Assembly: GCA_017479285.1 (NCBI GenBank)
Contig: JAFVCL010000095.1
Coordinates: 8,860-72,859 of the forward strand
Length of the DNA stretch: 64,000 nt
Reading direction: 5' to 3'
DNA from: Lachnospiraceae bacterium
Lineage (GTDB): Bacteria; Bacillota; Clostridia; Lachnospirales; Lachnospiraceae
The position numbers and the translations under genes are program-made. Of the stretch, positions 1 to 9,118 are shown in pieces. The notes under the pieces were generated by a model, which saw nothing but the letters and a program-made list of their open reading frames with translations, was not told where the DNA came from and made no database searches. Each line of letters opens with the position of its first letter. Position 1 is the stretch's first letter.

Positions 1-628
1 GCCGCCGGATATCTGCATGATAATTGTGGAATCAAGTATGGGTGAGAAAACCCAGGCTCTGGTTTATCTGCGCGATCTTGCCATTGAAAAGGACATTCCG
101 ATCTTCCTTTTGGGCTATCCCATAGATATCGAAGGCATAAGGGCTACGGTTACCGCGTCCGCCATCGAGGAAGAGATATTCCGACCCTTTGATGTAAAGG
201 AAATAGCCGCTCATATAGATGAATTTCTCGCAGAGCAGAAAAATACGATCAAGAAGAAGATACTTGTAGTGGATGACTCGGGAGTAATGCTTAGAAATGT
301 CAAGAATCTCCTCGGAGATAAGTATCAGGTTATTCTTGCCAATTCCGGCGCGATGGCGGTTAAATATTTAAGTCTCGATAAGCCGGATCTTGTTCTTCTG
401 GATTATGAGATGCCGGTTATAAACGGCAAGCAGGTCCTTGAAATCGTCAGGACAGAGCAGGATTTTTCGGGTGTTCCGGTAATCTTCCTCACGGGAAAGA
501 ACGACAGGAATACAATTATGGATGTTATGGGACTTAAACCCGATGGATATCTCTTGAAATCAATGTCATCGGACTCTTTTGTACAGGCGATCGATGATTT
601 CTTTGAAAAAAAGAGAATACTCGGATAA
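1..628 (+). CDS. Response regulator receiver protein (5'-truncated by the window edge); degenerate N-terminal receiver plus intact C-terminal receiver
   Basis: The frame of ORF 17..628 is open back to the window start. The C-terminal half has ILVVDD, PDLVLLDYEMP (phospho-Asp), IFLTG and YLLK receiver motifs. Confidence 0.85.
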   Translation, partial: PPDICMIIVESSMGEKTQALVYLRDLAIEKDIPIFLLGYPIDIEGIRATVTASAIEEEIFRPFDVKEIAAHIDEFLAEQKNTIKKKILVVDDSGVMLRNVKNLLGDKYQVILANSGAMAVKYLSLDKPDLVLLDYEMPVINGKQVLEIVRTEQDFSGVPVIFLTGKNDRNTIMDVMGLKPDGYLLKSMSSDSFVQAIDDFFEKKRILG

Positions 629-640
629 AAATGTGATCGA

Positions 641-693
641 AGGCAGTTACTTTTCGGTACTAAAATGTGGCGAACAGTAACTGTTTTATTTTT
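641..693 (+). terminator. Rho-independent terminator
   Basis: AGGCAGTTACT (641-651) pairs with AGTAACTGTTT (676-686), followed by a T-rich tail. Confidence 0.65.
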
Positions 694-728
694 CAAAAAG
701 ACCGCATTGCGCGGCAAGGGTGCTTAAA

Positions 729-2249
729 ATGATACTTAAAAAGCTTATGGAAAAAACCGGGGCGAAGCTGGTATGCGGAAACGGGGATATTGAGATTAAG
801 GATCTCGTATACGATTCGAGAAAGGTTTCCGAAGGGTGCGTATTTGTCTGCATCAGGGGAACCAACTTCGACGGGCATGACGCCGCGATGGAGGCGGTAA
901 AAAACGGAGCATCCGCCATCGTGTCCGAAAAGGATATGGAAGAGATAAAAGAGACTGGGGCATCGCTTTATGTCTGCGATGATACAAGATACGCCCTCGC
1001 ATTTATGTCTGCGGCGTGGTTCGGAAATCCGGCGGAAAAGCTTACTACGATAGGCATAACCGGAACCAAGGGAAAGACCACGACGACCTATCTTCTTAAG
1101 GCTATCCTTGAGCACGCGGGAATCAGATGCGGGCTTATCGGCACCATCGAAACGATAATCGGAGATGAGCATATCCCTTCAAAAAACACGACCCCCGAAT
1201 CCTATATACTTCAGGAGAGCTTCGCAAAAATGGTCAAGGCCGGGCTTTCGGTGGTCGTAATGGAGGTATCGAGCCAGGCGCTTATGCAGCACAGGACACA
1301 GGGCTTTATTTACGACTACGGAATTTTCACCAATCTGTCCCCGGATCATATCGGAGTAGGGGAACACTCGAGCTTTGAGGATTATCTTGAGTGCAAATCG
1401 AGACTTTTCAAGCAGTGCCGTATCGGGATAGCCAATGGCGATGACGAGCATTTTAAGGCGGTCACGGAGGGGCATACCTGCGAGCTTGAGACCTACGGAC
1501 TGGGAGCGGGATGTGACATCAGGGCTACAGATCTTAAGCTCGATAAAACCGCGGGAAATCTCGGAGTGGATTTTATAGTAAATATACTAAATAGAGGCGC
1601 TCATGATAATAATACCGACAGTGCCGGCAGATCGGACAGTCTGGATATCAGAATTCCCACACCCGGAAGATTCAGTGTCTACAACGCTCTTTGCGCCATC
1701 GCGGTATGCAGGCATTTTGATATAACAGATGGTGATATAAAGGAAGCGCTGGCGGTGTCACATGTAAAGGGAAGGATCGAGAAGGTAAAGGTATCGGAGG
1801 ATTTTACCCTGCTCATAGACTACGCGCATAATGCGATGGCACTGGAGAGCATTCTTACAACCTTAAGAGAGTATGACCCGGCAAGGCTGATATGCCTTTT
1901 CGGATGCGGGGGAAACAGGGCAAGATCGAGAAGGTATGAGATGGGAGAGGTCAGCGGGCGTCTTTCGGATCTTACGATAATCACATCGGATAATCCGAGG
2001 TTTGAGGAGCCTCTTGATATTATAGCGGATATTAAGACCGGTATATCGAAGACGGAGGGAAAGTATGTGGAGATACCGGACAGAAAAGAGGCTATCCGCT
2101 ACGCGATAAAGAACGGGAAAAAGGGAGATATCATAGTCCTTGCGGGAAAGGGTCACGAGGATTATCAGGAGATAAAGGGTGTCAAATATCCGATGGATGA
2201 GAGGGTGCTCATAAAAGAGATTTTAGAGGAAGAGGGAATCAGGGTTTGA
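729..2249 (+). CDS. murE: UDP-N-acetylmuramoyl-L-alanyl-D-glutamate--2,6-diaminopimelate ligase
   Basis: Motifs YDSRKV, GITGTKGKTTT, TTPES, MEVSS, DYAHN, DNPR (meso-DAP specificity motif) and AGKGHE. ATG 729 chosen over GTG 720 on RBS spacing. Confidence 0.95.
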   Translation: MILKKLMEKTGAKLVCGNGDIEIKDLVYDSRKVSEGCVFVCIRGTNFDGHDAAMEAVKNGASAIVSEKDMEEIKETGASLYVCDDTRYALAFMSAAWFGNPAEKLTTIGITGTKGKTTTTYLLKAILEHAGIRCGLIGTIETIIGDEHIPSKNTTPESYILQESFAKMVKAGLSVVVMEVSSQALMQHRTQGFIYDYGIFTNLSPDHIGVGEHSSFEDYLECKSRLFKQCRIGIANGDDEHFKAVTEGHTCELETYGLGAGCDIRATDLKLDKTAGNLGVDFIVNILNRGAHDNNTDSAGRSDSLDIRIPTPGRFSVYNALCAIAVCRHFDITDGDIKEALAVSHVKGRIEKVKVSEDFTLLIDYAHNAMALESILTTLREYDPARLICLFGCGGNRARSRRYEMGEVSGRLSDLTIITSDNPRFEEPLDIIADIKTGISKTEGKYVEIPDRKEAIRYAIKNGKKGDIIVLAGKGHEDYQEIKGVKYPMDERVLIKEILEEEGIRV

Positions 2250-4495
2250 TATATGCTGATGTCATAATCGATATATCGCTGGATAAGCTGGACAGACCAT
2301 TCAGTTACCGTATTCCGGAGAACCTTCTTGAAAAGGTGGATGTCGGAACGAGGGTGCTTGTGCCCTTCGGGAAGGGAAACACCATTAAAAAGGCCTATAT
2401 CATCGCACTTTCGGAGAATACCGCCTATGATCCGGAAAAGGTAAAGGATATCGCGGGTATCGCAAAGGATGCGGTTACGATAGAGGAAAAACAGGTTGAA
2501 CTTGCAGCCTTTATAAGAAAATCCTTCGGCGGGACAATGAATCAGGCGCTCAAGGTTGTCCTCCCCGCGAAAGCGAGTGTAAAGAAGCTCGAGTTCCGGG
2601 AGGTGGTAAGACTGATGGGCAGGGAGGAGCTTCTTGCGCTTAAGGGAGAGGCACTCAGAAAGCACCAGAATGCCAAGGTTAAGCTCCTTGAGGAGCTGCT
2701 TTTGCAGGAGACCATTCCCTACGAGTGGATAACGGGAAAGCTCGGAGTAAGCTCATCCTCCATAGCCTCGCTTGCAAAAGCCGGAGCGCTTAAGGTGGAA
2801 AGCGTTACCCGGTACAGAAACCCTGTACACATGGATTCGCGGGAGGAGGAGAGAAAAAGCCTCAGCCCGGACCAGCAGGCCATCGTAGACGCGGTGAGGG
2901 AGGATGAAAAAAACGGAATAAAGGGAAGATATCTTATACACGGGATCACCGGAAGCGGCAAGACGGAAGTGTATATGGCGCTTATTGAGGATGTTGTAAA
3001 GAAGGGAAAACAGGCCATTTTCCTTATCCCGGAGATAGCGCTGACATACCAGACACTGGTCAGATTTTTCCGGCGCTTTGGAAACCGGGTAAGCGTTATG
3101 AATTCCACGCTCTCTCCCGGAGAGAAATACGATCAGTGTATGCGTGCAAAAAACGGAGAGATAGACATAGTCATCGGCCCGAGGTCAGCTCTGTTTGTTC
3201 CTTTTCCGGATCTCGGAATGATAATAATGGACGAGGAGCATGAGACAAGCTATAAATCCGAGAGTACTCCGAAGTATCACGCACGGATAGTGGCGGAAAA
3301 GCTTGCGGATATGTCGGATTGCGCGTTTGTAATGGGATCGGCTACGCCTTCCGTCGATGCGTATTATAATGCGCAGCAGGGGCATTACAGGATGTTTAAG
3401 CTGAAGGAGAGACTTACAGGGGGAGCGCTTCCCATGGTTTCTGTGGTAGATCTGCGCCGGGAACTTAAGGAGGGAAACAGGTCGATCTTTTCGGGAAAGC
3501 TTAAGGAACTTTTGCGGGACCGCATTGACAGGGGCGAACAGAGTATACTTTTTTTGAACCGCAGAGGTTACTCGGGCTTTATCTCCTGCAGGGAGTGCGG
3601 GAAGGTCATGAAGTGTCCCCACTGCGATGTATCGCTTTCCGAGCATTACGGCGGGAAGCTGGTATGCCATTACTGCGGATATGAAACGACGCGTCCGGAA
3701 GTCTGTCCGGAGTGCGGTTCAAAATATATCGCCGGATTTAAGGCGGGAACGGAGCAGATAGAAGAAAGCTTAAACAGGCTTTTCCCCGGTGTTAAGGTGC
3801 TCCGTATGGATGCGGATACGACGAAGACAAAGGATTCCTACGAAAAGATACTCTCAACCTTTTCAAACGGGGAAGCGCAGATTCTTGTGGGAACCCAGAT
3901 GATAGTTAAGGGACACGATTTTCCGAAGGTAACTCTGGTTGGGGTTCTTGCGGCGGATCTCTCCCTCGGGAGCACGGATTTCCATGCTGCGGAGAGAACC
4001 TTCCAGCTGCTTGTGCAGGCGGTGGGAAGAGCGGGCAGAGGGGAGCTGCCAGGGGAAGCGGTAATACAGACATACCAGCCGGAGCATTACGCTATCGGGT
4101 TTGCCGCTGCTCAGGACTATGAAGGCTTTTTTGAGGAGGAAAAGGCGTACAGGTCTCTTTTGGGCTATCCTCCGCTTGCGCATATGCTCGCGGTGCAGAT
4201 ATTCGGACCTGACAGGGAACGCGCGGAAAAGCTTGCGGAAAATATCGGGGGAGGGATACGAAAGAACGCGCCGGATATAACGGAGGGCGCAGATGTATCC
4301 GGAATGGCTGTCATAGGCCCTGCTCCCGCCTCTATCGGCAGGATAAAGGATATGTACAGATTTGTTGTATATATAAAAGCGGAAAGATATGATATACTTG
4401 TCAAGGCAAAGGATCTTATCGAGGAGAGGTTAAAGAGCGCCCGGCTTAAAAACGAAATAGTCCAGTTCGATTTTGATCCGGTAAATATGCTTTGA
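2246..4495 (+). CDS. priA: Primosomal protein N' (replication restart helicase)
   Basis: GITGSGKTEVY, DEEHE, LNRRGY, two Zn-binding CxxC pairs, GTQMIVKGHDF and QAVGRAGR. Precedes def-fmt. Confidence 0.96.
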   Translation: MIYADVIIDISLDKLDRPFSYRIPENLLEKVDVGTRVLVPFGKGNTIKKAYIIALSENTAYDPEKVKDIAGIAKDAVTIEEKQVELAAFIRKSFGGTMNQALKVVLPAKASVKKLEFREVVRLMGREELLALKGEALRKHQNAKVKLLEELLLQETIPYEWITGKLGVSSSSIASLAKAGALKVESVTRYRNPVHMDSREEERKSLSPDQQAIVDAVREDEKNGIKGRYLIHGITGSGKTEVYMALIEDVVKKGKQAIFLIPEIALTYQTLVRFFRRFGNRVSVMNSTLSPGEKYDQCMRAKNGEIDIVIGPRSALFVPFPDLGMIIMDEEHETSYKSESTPKYHARIVAEKLADMSDCAFVMGSATPSVDAYYNAQQGHYRMFKLKERLTGGALPMVSVVDLRRELKEGNRSIFSGKLKELLRDRIDRGEQSILFLNRRGYSGFISCRECGKVMKCPHCDVSLSEHYGGKLVCHYCGYETTRPEVCPECGSKYIAGFKAGTEQIEESLNRLFPGVKVLRMDADTTKTKDSYEKILSTFSNGEAQILVGTQMIVKGHDFPKVTLVGVLAADLSLGSTDFHAAERTFQLLVQAVGRAGRGELPGEAVIQTYQPEHYAIGFAAAQDYEGFFEEEKAYRSLLGYPPLAHMLAVQIFGPDRERAEKLAENIGGGIRKNAPDITEGADVSGMAVIGPAPASIGRIKDMYRFVVYIKAERYDILVKAKDLIEERLKSARLKNEIVQFDFDPVNML

Positions 4496-4554
4496 TAAAA
4501 ATATCCGGACGGGGATGATGACAACCCGGAAAACTGTTTATAAGGAGTATAAAA

Positions 4555-5031
4555 ATGGCAATAAGAAATATTCGTGAATTTGGTGATCCCGTGCTTAATA
4601 AGCCCTGCAAGGAAGTTACAGAGGTGACTCCGAGGGTGAGGGAACTTATTGAGGATATGCTTGATACGATGTACGCGGCAGGGGGTGTCGGACTTGCCGC
4701 ACCCCAGGTCGGAATACTTAAGAGGATCGTCGTTATCGACACCACCGGGGAGGATCCCCATATACTTATTAACCCAAGGATCGTAGAGACAGAAGGGGAA
4801 CAGACGGGATCCGAAGGGTGCCTCAGCTTTCCCGGAAAAGCCGGAACCGTGACAAGACCCAAGAAGGTTAAATGTATAGCTTACGATGTTGAGATGAATG
4901 AGTACACTCTCGAGGGTGAGGATCTTCTTGCGAGGGCAATCTGCCATGAGTGCGACCACCTCGACGGACATCTCTACACCGAGAAGGTCGAGGGCGAGGT
5001 TTATGAGGTAAAGCCTGCGGAGGAAGACTGA
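4555..5031 (+). CDS. def: Peptide deformylase
   Basis: GVGLAAPQVG, EGCLS and HECDHLDG motifs, with an AAGGAG RBS. Confidence 0.97.
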   Translation: MAIRNIREFGDPVLNKPCKEVTEVTPRVRELIEDMLDTMYAAGGVGLAAPQVGILKRIVVIDTTGEDPHILINPRIVETEGEQTGSEGCLSFPGKAGTVTRPKKVKCIAYDVEMNEYTLEGEDLLARAICHECDHLDGHLYTEKVEGEVYEVKPAEED

Positions 5032-5984
5032 TGAAGATCGTATTTATGGGAACGCCGGATTTTGCGGCGGGAGCATTAAGGGCGATAATAAAGGCCGGAC
5101 ATGAGGTTTTGCTCGTTGTAACACAGCCGGACCGTGCAAAGGGAAGAAGCGACAGGCTTATTCCTTCTCCGGTAAAGGAGGTTGCTCTTGAAAACAATAT
5201 AGAGGTATTTCAGCCTTTAAAGATAAAGACTCCGGAGTCCGTGGATTTTTTAAGAAAGTATCCGGCCGATATATTCGTGGTAGCGGCCTTCGGACAGATA
5301 ATCTCAAAGGAGATACTGGATATGCCGAGGTACGGATGCGTAAATATCCATGCATCCCTCCTTCCAAAGTACCGTGGGGCATCCCCCATCCAGAGAGTTA
5401 TACTTGAGGGAGAGGAAAAGACCGGAGTTACCATTATGCAGATGGACGAGGGTATAGACACCGGCGATATGCTCCTTAAAAAAGAGACGGAGATAACAGG
5501 TGAGGATACCTTTGAAACTCTCCACGACAGGCTTACCGAAATAGGCGCGGAGGCGATCTGCGAGGCACTCCCCCTCATAGAAAAGGGAGAACTTGTCCCC
5601 GAAAAGCAGGATGACTCCCAAAGCTGCTATGCAAAGCTTATAAGCAAGGAGCTTGGAAAGATAGATTTTGAGAAGAGCGCCGCTGTTATCTCAAGACAGG
5701 TGCGTGGTCTGAATCCATGGCCCAGCGCGTATACAAGGCTTTCAGGAAAGCAGCTCAAGATATGGAAGGCATACCCCGCAAAGGATACGGACGGAAAGCC
5801 TATACCTTCGGATAAGTCATTAAAACCCGGAGAGATCGTAAGCGTGGGGAAAGAGAGCTTTTGTGTGAACACCGGAGACGGGATCCTGGAGGTTTTGCAG
5901 CTCCAGCTTGAGGGAAAAAAGGCTATGAGCGCAAGGGATTTTCTCCTCGGAGCAAAGCTTGAGAGGGGAAACAGGCTCGGTTAA
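5031..5984 (+). CDS. fmt: Methionyl-tRNA formyltransferase
   Basis: MKIVFMGTPDFA, NIHASLLPKYRGASPI and DTGD motifs. Overlaps the def stop (TGATG). Confidence 0.97.
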   Translation: MKIVFMGTPDFAAGALRAIIKAGHEVLLVVTQPDRAKGRSDRLIPSPVKEVALENNIEVFQPLKIKTPESVDFLRKYPADIFVVAAFGQIISKEILDMPRYGCVNIHASLLPKYRGASPIQRVILEGEEKTGVTIMQMDEGIDTGDMLLKKETEITGEDTFETLHDRLTEIGAEAICEALPLIEKGELVPEKQDDSQSCYAKLISKELGKIDFEKSAAVISRQVRGLNPWPSAYTRLSGKQLKIWKAYPAKDTDGKPIPSDKSLKPGEIVSVGKESFCVNTGDGILEVLQLQLEGKKAMSARDFLLGAKLERGNRLG

Positions 5985-6009
5985 CCGCGGGAAACGGTAT
6001 TGGTTTTAT

Positions 6010-7317
6010 ATGGAAAACATAAGAGAAATAGCTTTGGACGGGCTCCTTACCTTTGAGAAGGAGCTTTGTTTTTCGAATAAGTTAATAAAGGATATTCTTG
6101 ATAAATACGATTATTTAGAGGGCAGGGACAAGGCTTTTCTTAAACGGCTGTTTGAGGGGTGCGTAGAAAGAAGGATAGAGCTCGATTACAGGATCGACCT
6201 TGTCTCAAACACACCCGTAAAAAAACAAAAGCCCTTCATAAGAAATCTTCTGCGCCTTGCCACATACCAGATAATCTATATGGACAGCGTGCCGGACAGT
6301 GCCGCGATAAATGAGGCGGTAAAGCTTTCCAAAAAGAGAGGGTTTTCCAAACTTTCCGGCTTTGTAAACGGAGTTTTAAGGAATATCTCACGGGGGAAGG
6401 ACAGCTTTGAATACCCGGATAAGGACAGGGATTTTAATAAGTATTTAAGCGTGAAATACTCGGTCCCTGAGTGGCTTTCGGAATTCTGGAACGGAATATA
6501 CGGAAAAGAGGAGACGGAAAAGATACTGGATGCGCTTTTGGGAATCCATCCGCTCTCGCTTAGATTAAGGTGCGACATCCCGGATAGTGAGAGAGAGGAA
6601 ATTGTCCGTAAGCTTGAAAAATCCGGAGTGGTTTTAAAAAGGGATGAAAGAGTTCCCTTTGTTTATACTGCTGAAGAGACAGGGGATATAAGCAAACTCC
6701 CCGGGTTTTCGGAAGGGCTTTTTACCGTGCAGGATATAAGCTCGGTTCTTGCGATACTCTCGGCAGGCATAAAAAAGGGGGATGTTGTATATGATGCCTG
6801 CGCAGCGCCGGGGGGAAAGAGTCTTCTTGCGGCAGAGCTTGCGGGAGAGACCGGGAGAGTTGTCTCCTGCGACCTTTCAGGGGAGAAGGTAAGCCGGATA
6901 ACGGAAAATGCGGTGCGCATGAAGGCTGATAATCTGACGGCCGCGGTGTGGGATGCGTGTGTTACAAACGGGGAGTATATAGAAAAGGCAGATGTTCTGA
7001 TACTTGATGTCCCCTGCAGCGGACTGGGGGTTCTCGGAAAAAAGAGGGATATAAAGTATAATGTAACTCCGGAGGGAATAAGGGAGCTTGAAAGGATTCA
7101 GTGGGAGATTGTAAAAGCTTCGTATAAATATGTAAAGGTCGGGGGAGTGCTTCTTTACAGTACCTGTACCATTAATCCCGGAGAGAATGAGGAGCAGGCA
7201 AAGCGCATAACCGGAGAGCTTCCTTTTGAGATCCTGAAGGGACCGGTGCAGCTCCTCCCGGATAGAGACAAATGCGACGGCTTTTTCTATACGGTTTTCA
7301 GGCGGACGGGTAAATAA
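6010..7317 (+). CDS. rsmB: 16S rRNA m5C967 methyltransferase (Sun/RsmB)
   Basis: NusB-like N-terminus (AINEAV, GFVNGVLR), VQD, DACAAPGGKS, DVPCSGLG and YSTCT. Start is uncertain (ORF open from 5959). Confidence 0.93.
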   Translation: MENIREIALDGLLTFEKELCFSNKLIKDILDKYDYLEGRDKAFLKRLFEGCVERRIELDYRIDLVSNTPVKKQKPFIRNLLRLATYQIIYMDSVPDSAAINEAVKLSKKRGFSKLSGFVNGVLRNISRGKDSFEYPDKDRDFNKYLSVKYSVPEWLSEFWNGIYGKEETEKILDALLGIHPLSLRLRCDIPDSEREEIVRKLEKSGVVLKRDERVPFVYTAEETGDISKLPGFSEGLFTVQDISSVLAILSAGIKKGDVVYDACAAPGGKSLLAAELAGETGRVVSCDLSGEKVSRITENAVRMKADNLTAAVWDACVTNGEYIEKADVLILDVPCSGLGVLGKKRDIKYNVTPEGIRELERIQWEIVKASYKYVKVGGVLLYSTCTINPGENEEQAKRITGELPFEILKGPVQLLPDRDKCDGFFYTVFRRTGK

Positions 7318-7320
7318 AGG

Positions 7321-8352
7321 ATGGATCTTAGATCATTATCGTTTGATGAACTTAAAAATGAAATAGAGAGCCTTGGTGAGAAGTCTTTCAGAGCCGGACA
7401 GGTATACGAATGGCTCCACAAAAAATGCGTGCTTGAGCCGGGTGAGATGACTAATGTGGGAAAGCAGTTAAAGGAAAGGCTTCTTGCCGGGCATCCCCTT
7501 GATAAAATGGAGATCGCAAGGCTCCAGGAGTCGAAGCTTGACGGGACGAGGAAGTATCTCTTCCTTTTATCCGACGGGAATATGATAGAAAGCGTGCTGA
7601 TGCGCTATCACCACGGAAACTCGGTCTGTATTTCCTCACAGGTGGGATGCAGGATGGGCTGCGCCTTCTGCGCATCGACAATAGACGGACTTGTAAGGAA
7701 TCTTACCGTAGGGGAGATGCTGGGACAGATATATGCAATCTCGAGAGATATCGGCGAGAGGATTTCAAATGTCGTCGTTATGGGAAGCGGCGAGCCCATG
7801 GATAATTTTGATAACATAGTAAAATTTGTCGGTATGCTGACGGATGAGAGAGGATTAAACATAAGCCAGCGGAATCTCACGATATCCACCTGCGGTCTTG
7901 TCCCTAAAATAAGGGAACTTGCGGATATGAAGTTTCAGCTTACGCTTGCGATTTCCCTCCATGCCACGACGGACGAAAAGCGGAGAGAACTGATGCCCAT
8001 AGCAAACAGGTATTCCATCAGAGAGATAACCGATGCCTGTATATACTATTTTGAAAAGACCGGCAGACGCATCACCTTTGAATACAGCCTTGTGGGAGGG
8101 GTGAACGATTCCGAAGAGGAAGCGGAGAGGCTTTCCAAAATCGCAAAGCCCCTTCATGCACATATTAATCTTATCCCTGTAAATCCTATCAAGGAAAGGG
8201 ATTTTGTGCCCTCGAAAGACCGTAATATCAAGGCTTTCCAAAATAAACTTGAAAAAAATGGAATAAATGTTACTATAAGAAGGGAAATGGGGAGAGATAT
8301 AGACGGTGCCTGCGGGCAACTTCGAAGGAAAGTCATAAGCGGTACGGTCTAA
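7321..8352 (+). CDS. rlmN: 23S rRNA/tRNA m2A methyltransferase (radical SAM)
   Basis: CISSQVGCRMGCAFCAS, MGSGEP and DIDGACGQL motifs. Confidence 0.96.
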   Translation: MDLRSLSFDELKNEIESLGEKSFRAGQVYEWLHKKCVLEPGEMTNVGKQLKERLLAGHPLDKMEIARLQESKLDGTRKYLFLLSDGNMIESVLMRYHHGNSVCISSQVGCRMGCAFCASTIDGLVRNLTVGEMLGQIYAISRDIGERISNVVVMGSGEPMDNFDNIVKFVGMLTDERGLNISQRNLTISTCGLVPKIRELADMKFQLTLAISLHATTDEKRRELMPIANRYSIREITDACIYYFEKTGRRITFEYSLVGGVNDSEEEAERLSKIAKPLHAHINLIPVNPIKERDFVPSKDRNIKAFQNKLEKNGINVTIRREMGRDIDGACGQLRRKVISGTV

Positions 8353-8373
8353 TAATTTTTACGGAGAAAAAAG

Positions 8374-9105
8374 GTGCTTACTAGTTTTTCCAGAACAGAC
8401 ATAGGAAAAAAACGAAAGATCAATCAGGATTACATATATGCTTTCAGCGAGAAGATAGGAAACCTTTCGAATCTTTTCATAGTGGCCGACGGAATGGGCG
8501 GTCACGCTGCGGGTGATTACGCATCGAGAACCGCCGTTGATGTTATGGAGAGTTTTGTAGAGAACTCCTTTGAAAAGAATTCGCAGACGCTTCTTGTGAA
8601 AGCTGTGGAGGCAGCCAACAGCGAGGTATATGCCAGAGCCGGTGCAAACATACAGTATGAGGGCATGGGTACGACAGTTGTGGCTGCTACATTTGTGGGC
8701 AGATTTCTCCAGGCGGTAAATGTCGGAGACAGCCGCCTGTACATTATAAGAAACGGTAGCATAAGGCAGATCAGCGTCGACAACTCGCTTGTAGAGGACA
8801 TGATCAGAAGCGGCGGCATTACCCGGGAACAGGCCAGAAACCATCCTGATAAAAACATAATTACCCGGGCTGTTGGCGTTAAGGATTATGTTGAATGCGA
8901 TGTATATACCGAGGAATTAAAAAGCGGGGATATAGTTTTGCTCTGCTCCGACGGGCTTACCAACATGGTAGAGGATGGGGATATCTGCAGGATAGTCATG
9001 GAAGCCGCAGATCTTGAAGAGGCGGCGGATGCCCTCATTGACGAGGCGAATGCCCAGGGCGGTAAGGATAATATTTCGGTTGTTCTCATAAAGTATGAGG
9101 ACTGA
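8374..9105 (+). CDS. PP2C-family Ser/Thr phosphatase (Stp1/PrpC type)
   Basis: NQD, VADGMGGH, GMGTT, NVGDSR, LCSDGL and GGKDN motifs. GTG start with a GGAG RBS. Lies directly before the kinase. Confidence 0.93.
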   Translation: MLTSFSRTDIGKKRKINQDYIYAFSEKIGNLSNLFIVADGMGGHAAGDYASRTAVDVMESFVENSFEKNSQTLLVKAVEAANSEVYARAGANIQYEGMGTTVVAATFVGRFLQAVNVGDSRLYIIRNGSIRQISVDNSLVEDMIRSGGITREQARNHPDKNIITRAVGVKDYVECDVYTEELKSGDIVLLCSDGLTNMVEDGDICRIVMEAADLEEAADALIDEANAQGGKDNISVVLIKYED

Positions 9106-9118
9106 TAAGGATATAGTT

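Noticed and set aside
1575-1650. AT-rich apparent insertion in murE (ILNRGAHDNNTDSAGRSDS)
   Set aside because: It is a short in-frame probable surface loop with no intein or mobile-element hallmarks.
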